From the NCBI GenBank assembly GCA_964016885.1, contig OZ024758.1:28644001-28708000 (forward strand): a stretch of DNA of 64,000 bases. The letters run 5' to 3'. The stretch is from Eledone cirrhosa. Its lineage: Eukaryota. The notes under the pieces are model-generated. The model did no database searches and was not told where the DNA came from. It saw nothing but the letters and a program-made list of their open reading frames with translations. This document shows positions 54,310 through 64,000 of the stretch, in pieces (position 1 is the stretch's first letter; every line of letters begins with the position of its first letter). A program made the translations under genes and the position numbers.

Positions 54310-56270
54310 AGCTCTGAACGAAACCCCTTTCAACCACTGGACAAAAGGCGCCTCTGTTGATTTGGTTACTCACTCCGTCATGCTCTGCGAATTCATCCGC
54401 CAAGCACTCGCGCCACAGCCCTTCGAGTAAATGAAAAGGTGGATAGCAGGTTACGTAGATGAATTTGATGGCACTGTTGCTGGTTGACAATCTCCACATA
54501 TGCCATTGAAATTGTGACCGGTTAACAATCTCTACGTCCGTCAGACATCTCTGATCGACAAACGATGTTGGCTTCTGTTCTCAATATCCTGGATTCACAG
54601 GTTAGAGCTGGCTCAACTCAGTCGGATGAAAGCCAACATAACTACAAGTAATAGACTTCCATGGCAGTTTTCTATAGTAAACTATTGTCTTGTTGAACAA
54701 TGGATTAATCTTACACCTGTTTAGTGTCAGTCTGAATCAATAGATTACTGGGAATTGCCAGTGGATTAATCATAATATTTTGAAAACCTAGGTCCACATC
54801 CATATTCTGATCGTGTCCTCTTGTAATGAGGTTGAATCTTTTAATTGTACTTCTAGTCGATCCTAACCAATAAGACTACTTGGTCCTAACAATTTTCATT
54901 CCATTACACTCGATGTGCCCTAGAGCTAGCCCCTATACTCACCAAATTATTCAATCTCTACCTCTCCATAGTGATATACCCTGATCTTCTGAAACACTAT
55001 AGTATGGTCCATTCCCAAGAAGGCTAACTCCTGATCCCTATCAACTATCATATTCACTTCCAATATCTCAAAGGTAATGGAGACAATCCAGCAGCCCAAA
55101 TATTTCCAAATGACCACCAGTGCAGCTTCCATAAAGCCAGGTTTACTGGATATGTACTGTCCTGTCACACATTAATAGTTCCTGCCCTAGAAAATTTTTG
55201 TCGAAACAGCACTGTAGCCCTGAACATCAGCAAAGCATTCAATTATGTTTGAAATACAAATCTCCTGTCAAAATGACCACATATGGACTTCATGTGACTC
55301 TCATCACTTGGATTGTTAGATAGCTTCTTATGCTATTTGTTGATGACTCTCTCTCTCAACTCTGTTGTACCGTAGACTTTGGGGTTTTTTTTCCCTTACA
55401 CTTCCTCCTATACATCAATAACCTAATTTTCCACATTAGTATCCACATGCAATTTAGAGACCTGCTACCAAGCCTGCACTGACTCCATGAACAGAGATTT
55501 TGAAAGTATCCTTCAAGGGGGTCACGCATTTCGTTTCTTTCAACAATAAAAAAAAATAAATAACAAAAAAAAGCATCACACGGAGCTCTTGTACTTGCTG
55601 CAAGGTTTCCTCGTGGTGAACAAACGTCCTTATATAGTTAGAATTGCGTCTCAAAGTCTGGCTCTTCTCTTCATGACCAAAAAATAATTCAATCCCTAAA
55701 CATTACTGACTCTACAAAGCAAGGGTGAGACCATCGATGGCATATTGTTCTTACACCTGAGACAATGCTACTGCACACGTGGACATCCTAGATATACCCT
55801 GAGAAAAGCCACTTGATTTACTGACATGAAGTCACTCACAAATATATTTCAATCTCTACTCCTCATTGGTGACTGATCTCATGTCACTTTCACTCAGACA
55901 CTCCCAACTTGCTCATTTCTCCTTTCATTGTTTATGCTGTGTCTAAGCCTCATATTAACTACAATGCCCAATTTTTCACCAAAATGTCAACACACAGAAA
56001 TTCCTTCCTGGCTCGTGTCTTCCCAACAGGCATCTTGCAATTGTTTAACCCTTTACCATTTACATTACTCTATATATATATACTATAAAGGCTTTATCTC
56101 ACATAATATGGAATCCATGAGATTTTTATGTTTATTTTGAGAATAATACCTTAACATCAATATGAGTGGCTAGTTTTAACAGAAAGAGGTGAGAGAATTC
56201 TGGTTGGATACAGCTGGTTTAAATACTAATGGGTTAAGCAGAACATTAATGGCATCAATCTCAATAGTCA
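54310..56270 (+). mobile_element. Highly degenerate CR1-like LINE relic (interrupted by a MITE at 56049-56233)
   Basis: Near 55210-55320 reads VALNISKAF...LLSK..YG...ITWI (RT motif DISKAFD decayed); near 55710 reads LYKARVRPSMAYCSYT. Boundaries are approximate. Confidence 0.6.
56049..56233. mobile_element. piggyBac-like MITE
   Basis: TTAA flanks and the same family sequence. Confidence 0.8.
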
Positions 56271-57116
56271 TGGAAGGCTTGTGAAGGCCATAGGCACTAT
56301 CTCTTCTTCTAGACAGAGCAAAGTAAAAAACAGAAATGTGATTTTATAAAAAAAACTAGATTAAATATTGTTTCATTGATTTTGAGGTAAAGGTGTTTTG
56401 TTGTTCTTATAATTAATTTTAAATTTACTTCACTTTGGTTTTAAGCTGGTTACTCTCGTAATGCATTATATAGATTACTTTAGACCTGGAAAGTCTGTGT
56501 ATTGTGGTCTCGTGAGATAAAGTATGGTTTTATAGCAATGACTTCAGGTTGGATTCGATTAACAAGTTCTCTACTGAGTGTCTAGGATTGGCAGTATCGG
56601 TAGAGAGTCGGACGCCATGCTTTGCAGCAAAGAGTTACGGCCCTTTATGGTCTGAGTTCAAATCCCGCCGAGGTTAACTTTGCCTTTCATCCTTACGGGA
56701 TCGATAAATTAAAGTACCAGTAATACACTAGGATAATTGTTGGCCTTGTGCCAGAAGTAGCAACAATTATTATCCTGAAACCATACCAATTCTCTGTTTA
56801 CTAGAGGTTTTTAATATTGTGGCAACTGGAACTATTATATTGATACATGGTCCTTAGTTAATGTTGACTAGTTTTTTACCAATAAGAGGAATCGTTATTT
56901 TAATGAACATCAGCCAACTGTTGGTATTAATGTAAAGCTAAATACTGAAAATCATGATAATGAATGAACTTGAGTATTTTAGTAGATATAATTTGGATAG
57001 TGTATGAGTTGTTTCCCATCTACTTCTGCCTTTTTCTTTCTAATTATTTATTCGTTTAAAAACTGGTTTTAAGGAAGTAATATCATTATAATAAAGTATC
57101 ATCCATTTTTAAAACA

Positions 57117-57319
57117 TACATAGTTTTTTTATCAATAGTACCAAACAATGGTTCTGTTTTTCAGTGTGTAAACTAAATTGCTTTGCCTAGGAACAGGATG
57201 GTATGGTTTGAATTGATCCAGTCATCAAAAGATTGTTCTGGATTTCTGCATTGTGAATTCAAATTTGCTTTAGACCATTAAGTACTAATCTAGAGCAATG
57301 GATTGACAGACTTGTTAGA
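57117..57319. repeat. ~200-bp direct duplication, copy 1 (copy 2 at 60768-60976)
   Basis: Near-identical AAACAATGGTTCTGTTTTTCAG...GGATTGACAGAC.TGTTAGA. Confidence 0.92.
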
Positions 57320-57386
57320 ATGTCTGACAAGATGTCTGTTCCAGCTCTTGGTATTCTTGGTTCATATCTTGCTGTGGCAGACTTAA

Positions 57387-57608
57387 CCCTTTAGCATTTA
57401 AACCGGGCATATCCAGCCAGAAACATCTTTCTGTTCAAACCAGCCGTAACTGGCCACTCATACTTATTGTTCTCAAAATATATAATATCAAAATCTCGTA
57501 GATTCGATATTATGTAAGATAAAGCAATTGTAAAATGAAATGATGATTATGATGATGAAAGCCTTTACCACAAAAATACAATAGTATATATAGAGTAATG
57601 AAACTGGG
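57387..57608. mobile_element. piggyBac-like MITE, reverse orientation, with a short inserted (ATG)n tail
   Basis: TTAA-CCCTTTAGCATTTA ... GGG-TTAA. More decayed copies at ~58348-58549 and ~61990-62114. Confidence 0.78.
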
Positions 57609-57862
57609 TTAATCTCACCCCAGTTTAATGTTACTCCTGCAAACTTTCAGACCATGTTTCTGATTTAGTGATTTAGCTATCACATTTTGACTTACATTCC
57701 ACTAGAATCTCTTCCTTTTCCTATTTTCATAAATGTTTTCTGTATCCAATATCGATATTTTTTATAGCGAGAACAATGACATCACTGGCTTTTCAGTTTC
57801 TTGACAAATATATATCTATTTCCATTGTATATGTGTATACATATATACATTATATATTGTAC

Positions 57863-57907
<45 letters not shown>

Positions 57908-58869
57908 TATATATATACTAAAAAGGCAAGCAATTTGATTTTTTTTTTTTTTTTTTTTTTTTAAGAAAAATGGCTACTTTCCTACTAATGTCAAATCAGT
58001 GGCTCCCTGCAAGAAAACATGTCATTCAAACCCCAATCCAATGTTGAGCAATATTTACCATATTTTTTCGATTGTTACTACCATGATCTTCATCCTTGAC
58101 AACTCTCCACTTCATAAAGTTCTAGCTGATTGTAAAGATTTTTCCATTTTCTTTAATGTAGAAAGATGGTAGATTTTTTTCAAGTCAGTGATCATTTAAA
58201 ATTTTAATCTATGTTTATTTTAATTCACAATCTGAATTTATTTGGTCATTGATCAAAGTGGTTTCCTTCAGAAATAATGTAAAACCAAAACGGTAGCAAT
58301 AAAACAAAATGTGTGTAGTTTGTGTAGATACAAAAAACAGATACATCTCTTTAGCATTTAAACCAGCCTTATCCAGCCAAAATTCTCTCACTTTTTTCTT
58401 TTCAAACCGGTTGTAACTAGCTGCTCAAACTTATGTAAAGGTATTGTTCTCAAATAAATAATATCAAAATCTCATAGATTCGATATTATGTGAATTAAAG
58501 CCATTATCGTAAAAATATAATAGTAAATATAGAATTGCTAAAGTGTTAAAATTCTGTTTCAATAATGAGCTTTAATAATATCTCAAAATGTTCCAGCCAT
58601 GACCATCCTGTCAATATGTTATTTAATATGTATGCAATATATATCTTTTAATATGTTAAAATCGTTTCTCTTAATGTCTTGTACCACACAAGCCCACATT
58701 AGCAATGCATTCTTAAAAAGTCCAAAACACTGACTGCATCGCATTAAAAATTAAAATAATCGGCAAATTTTCATGATCTGTCTGCTAGTAAAGATACTAT
58801 GAACAGTTGAATTAACATAGCTATTTTTAGATATTTTCTGCTGAATCATTACAGAGTTGTTAAGACTTA

Positions 58870-59150
58870 ATGAAATGATAATGAAAATTATTGTGTACAG
58901 TGCTCGGGTGCACTTCAACTCATAAAATGTGCATGTATCGTACATAGAATAATGTACAAATGTCAGGAAAGTAAACAGCATATGAGTCATGATTTACACA
59001 CATACATGTGTGCTTGTGTATGGAAGGAGAATATCAGGTGTAGTGTTGACGAATTTCGGGAAGTATGGCAGTTTTGAAGGATGCAGTGTTCCGACAGCTA
59101 ACAACTGATGTAGGTTGTTTGTTCCATGCTTCAGCAACTCTGAGCATGAA
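58870..59150 (-). mobile_element. CR1-clade LINE 3' end, copy 2
   Basis: Homologous to 17415-17680. Confidence 0.8.
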
Positions 59151-62100
59151 AGAAATATATTAGCATAAATTGGGTATATATGAAACTGTTTCAACATTAT
59201 ATTAAATGATGTATTGGCTGGATGGTCGTGCTTGGAACACCTTCATAATATTTCCTATTATAAAAGGTTATTGAAAAACAAACAAAATTTAAGAAATATG
59301 TTTTTTCTTGTAGCAACATATAAACAGAAGCTGGTCAATTGGATGTTTGACATATTTATAAAATATAATTGACATTATTATAGTGATTTACACTCTTACA
59401 TATCAATTGTGTAGGGGTTAGGTCTGGACATGTCCGTCTCAAATATGACCTCACATTTGAGACAGGGACAAAATAAGTAATATTTAGTCCTTGTATATAA
59501 TGTGTATAGGCACGTGGCTGAGTGGTTAGAGAATTGGATTCACAATCATGAGGTTGTGGCCGATAGATAATATTATCAATTGGAAAGACCAATGGAAACG
59601 TTGTTTCCTCGGTCCAATTTGACGAAAGTTGATTGACTGTCGATAGGCAGAGTCATTAGAACGTCAGATTTAATACTTTATGGTATTCGTTCTCTGCTCT
59701 CTGAGTTCAAATTTCACTAAGATCAACTTTGCCTTTCATCCTTTTGAGGTTGATAAAAAAAGTACCAGTCTAGTACTGGGGTTGATTCTTCTCTCTGGAA
59801 GAAATCTGCTGTACTCGGACCTGGAAAGGGGCGGGCTCTGCCAGGCTTAAAAAATGGCCAAGAAATGCCATATGTCAATGTGCTGCACCTACGACTATTA
59901 GGAGTTACGGGACCATACATACACACATAATGTGTACACCTAATTTGTAGGTTTAATACAGGAATAAATACTGTAAGTGTTAATATTAGATCATTGTCAA
60001 AACTGACAAGGTTTATTCCATATCTCTAAAGTAATGTTTTGAAGCTATCTTCCATTTATGCCTGCTGTTTTGTTATTTAGTGGGAATAATTTAGAATTTA
60101 AATAGCTTGAGTTGAAATTATGAATATTCTTATGAAGCCAAATCGAAAATGGGTCACAGGTTGTAAATAAACCCATATATATTTGTTGCCATTCAAATGT
60201 ATTGATTTCTTTGTTACACCTTAGAGGTATAGATTTAATTCTCGTACGTAGGTTTCATTTTCAAAAGTTACTAATTTAGTTATTCTTATCTGGAAACAAC
60301 GTAGAGGCAAGGTAACCAGTACTCTGTTAAGTGGTTGGTGTTATAAAGATATCCAGCTGGAGTAACTGTGCCAAAAATTGAAACATACAAGTGAGATGTG
60401 GTTCTTCAACCCATCTTAAAGGGCAGTAACTCTGAATAAGAATTGACTTAGACTGTAGCAACCTGCCTAACCCATACCAACATAGAGAGCAACCATAAAA
60501 TGATGACAATGTAGATGATGTATTAATTCATCAGGTAGTTGTATCTGATAATTTTAAATTATTAAAAATGAAAACAAGAAAGCTTCCTAATTTTGTTTTC
60601 TTACCTTGCACATATTTAACAAAGTTGAAAACATTACTACCAAATATAGATGGATATAAATATTTCTTAGTGGAAATTGCTGAATCAATAGAGTAGCATG
60701 CAACAGAACCAGCTGAGAAAGAGGTCACTGGTTTGTATCCTGTTGCCAGCACTATGTTGTGTCCATGTACATAGTTTTATGATCAATAGTATAAATGATA
60801 AACAATGGTTCTGTTTTTCAGTATGTAAACTAAATTGCTTTGCCTAACAACAGGATGGTATGGTTTGAATTGATCCAGTCATCAAAAGATTGTTCTGGAT
60901 TTCTGCATTGTGAATTCAAGTTTGCTTTAGACCATTAAGTACTAATCTAGAGCAATGGATTGACAGACCTGTTAGACTCTTAACAAGCTTGCTCACCTAG
61001 AACTATGTCATCATAGCTGCTCCACTAGAACAACCTGCAGTTGAAGAAATGTTTTCTTTCTCAGACAGATTGCAAGATTTCCTCCCCTCCCTCACAACAA
61101 TTTGACCTATTGAACTTCACTTTAGAATTAGAGTGAAAATGCATTTCTCAGAAACTCAATGCAAATCTTTCTCTTTTTACATCATGAATCCATGTTGTTT
61201 AGCTAATTAGACACAAACACAATAACTCTTGTCAATAATTTTGTTATTGTTGAGATGTGGAAAAGGTTAAAATTGTTGACAAGTGAACCTTTTTATTCCT
61301 GATATCTATGATGAGGCATATACCTAGTAGGCAACACCATTCCCTACCATTTCCTCTCCCATAAACCTCCCTTGTACCTACGTCCCCAATTTCCCAAAGC
61401 ATCTTCCCCACCACTCCCAAGTTTCCAACCTCCTCTATAAAGTGATCCCCCCTGGAGCCACGACAAAAGAGCCCAGCCCACACTGTAGTGGTCATGTAGG
61501 TGTCTTGACAAAAAGCACCCAGTCCACTCTGTAAAGTGGTCATATAGGCGACACTGTAAAAAGCACCCAGCATACAGTGTAAACATGGTTGGTGTTAGGA
61601 AGCGCATCCAGCTGTAAAAACCAAGCCAAAATCAGTTCAGTGTGACCTCATCCCTCACAAAGGGACAGCCCATGCTAGCATGGAAGATGGACGTTAAATG
61701 ATGATGATGAGTTTTATTCCAGCTAGATCTAATTTTATTTCCTTTCAGTTATCAATTTAATCACCTGCTAACCATATTAGGATATTAGCTCAGCAAAAAT
61801 ATCACTACCATGTTCATATATGCCTGAAAATCTATACACATTGTCCTTCCTTGGACAAATATATGTACACAGAGTCTCTTGTTGCTATTTTTAATGTATA
61901 ATTCCTGGGATCTTCATTTTGTGTTAGTGACATTGTTGTTGCCATAGTTTCTTTGCAAAAAATGACTGAATAAAGTTTTAGGTGTATTTTGATATTATTT
62001 ATTTTGAGAACAATACCTTAACATAAGTATGAGCTGCTGGTTACATCCAGTTTGAACAGAAAGAGGTGGGAGAATTCTGGCCAGATACAGCCGGTTTCAA

Positions 62101-64000
62101 TGCTAAAGGGTTAATACTACCCTTCACTTGATATCTCTCTTGCCAGCAAACATAAAACTACCACCACTGCCTCTCTTGCATTACCTCCAACATCACTCTC
62201 TCTTTCTTCCATTGTTCATTCCACTACTGTTAATTCCTTGCCCATTGCTCCTGGATTTTCTCTCATTGCATCCAAACAGCTGGACATTATAGTCTTAAAT
62301 TCCAATGAGCCTACATTACACAGCAGTTTGAAATACTATAACATTTACTTAAAACTAACTGCAGTAAGAGGACTGTAGAAATATTATTGGCAATGCATCA
62401 GCCACATGACTAAAACTTACAAAAAACATCATCATCATCATCATCATCATCTAACGTCCATTTTTCAACACTCTGGAGGGTTAGTTGGGTCCGTTTCAGC
62501 ACGGCATCTTTCCACTTGCCGTGTTCCTTTATCATCTCTCTGAGTCTCAGTAATTTAAGATCAGCTTTTGCCTCCTTCTTATTTAGATAGGTATCTATAA
62601 ATATATGTATTTATAAATGAATCAGTGAGATGATTAAGACAAATCTTTTGAAATGTGATCTGATGACTTTAAAAAAAAAAACACACTAATTCAGCTTTCT
62701 AACTTAGATAATTGTGTAATGTCTATAACAGCAGCATGTAATTATGAGCCACAAGGAAGCTTTACATGGTCATTTAACTCTCTAGAAATGACAGCCAAAT
62801 CTTCTTTGTTATTTTTAGCATTGGTTGACAAGCTCCTCATGTTATTTAGGTAAAATATTATTTGAATTTGAAAAGCTCATTTTTCAACTGATTGGTATAA
62901 TGGTGTGAAGTTTTGTTTTCCTTTAATATCCAAAATATGCTAGAAGTAGCAGCCAAAATCTGCCATTCTATTCACTTCCTATTGTGTTTAAAAAGAAGGA
63001 AACATTGGATAATAAATTAGTCTTACTTTCATTAACTGATTGGTATAATTATGGGTGGGGGTTTATATTAAAAATATGCTGGAAATAGCAGCCAAAATCT
63101 CTCCTCTCGTCACATTCTTTCATCTTTAAAAAGAAAAAATCAGATAATGAATCAGTTTCAGTATAAAAATGGAATATTATCTACCATAAAATACATAAGT
63201 ATTTCTTCATATTTTCTATAACTAACATCAGAAAACTATTGTAATTGAGTTAAAATTTTAAGCAAACTATTTCACCACATGATTGTGCTTATAATGATGA
63301 TGATAATAAAAGTTGCTGGTTCTAATTTAGGTACAAGGCTGGAAATTCGGTGTGGGGTCGAGTTGATTAAATGGATTGGTCCTTTATTTTAACACCCTGA
63401 GCTCAGGACATAAAAGGCAGAGCCAACAATAATTTCTGTTATTGGCCCTTCAGTGATTTAAGCATCTTCACATCAAATGTTGTATTCATGGAGTTATTAA
63501 TTAAATATTTTACTATACACTGTCATTTTTTATGGGTACTATGCTTATATATATGTAAAGTGGTTGTTATGGTGACACGGTAAAAAGCGCCCAACCCACA
63601 CTGTAAAGTGGTCGTGTAGGTGTGTCGACAAAAAGCACCCAGTACTCACTGTAAATGGGGTTGGCATTAGGAAAGGCATCCAGCTGTAGAAACCAAGCCA
63701 TAATCAGTTCTGTATAAACAAGGCATAGTCAGCTGACTTAGCATTGGCCACAACAGGACAACTCATCTAACCCATGCTAGCGTTGAAAAATGGACGTAAA
63801 ATGATAATGATATATGAATACACACACACACACACACGTGTGTGTGTGTCAGTAATTGCAAGCCAGAGTATGTGTCACTAAGGCTGTAATTGTATATTCT
63901 TTAATCAGTATGTATGTAAAGTGCGCTATATAAATCTGCTGTAAATTAAGTCATTTAACTTCAACTTTAAAAAAAACCCCACATATTTGGCACCCAGACA

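Overview
AT-rich, repeat-dense eukaryotic (animal) genomic DNA. The SINE types and very long (TA/CA)n tracts suggest a coleoid cephalopod, probably an octopod (inference). The only host gene I can support is the 5' part of CADPS/CAPS (UNC-31) on the minus strand. It has a 786-nt first coding exon (42477-43262) and an 81-nt second exon (14505-14585) that the ORF track missed, separated by a ~27.9-kb intron. A compact promoter (NRF1-like palindrome, CRE overlapping an octamer, inverted YY1-like pair) sits in a ~9-kb zone with no recognisable SINEs. The rest is transposon-derived: tRNA-head SINE families, an RTE LINE whose 3' UTR matches one SINE's tail, CR1-like and Rex3/Expander-like fragments, TTAA-, TA- and 8-bp-TSD MITEs, mini/microsatellites and one 200-N gap. 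The most unusual signals are (TA)n-adjacent elements with hammerhead-ribozyme-like folds, including a variant core shared by two copies, and several near-perfect fold-back structures in the CADPS introns, including a 376-bp spacerless palindrome. Most ORF-track entries are artefacts of simple repeats or SINEs.
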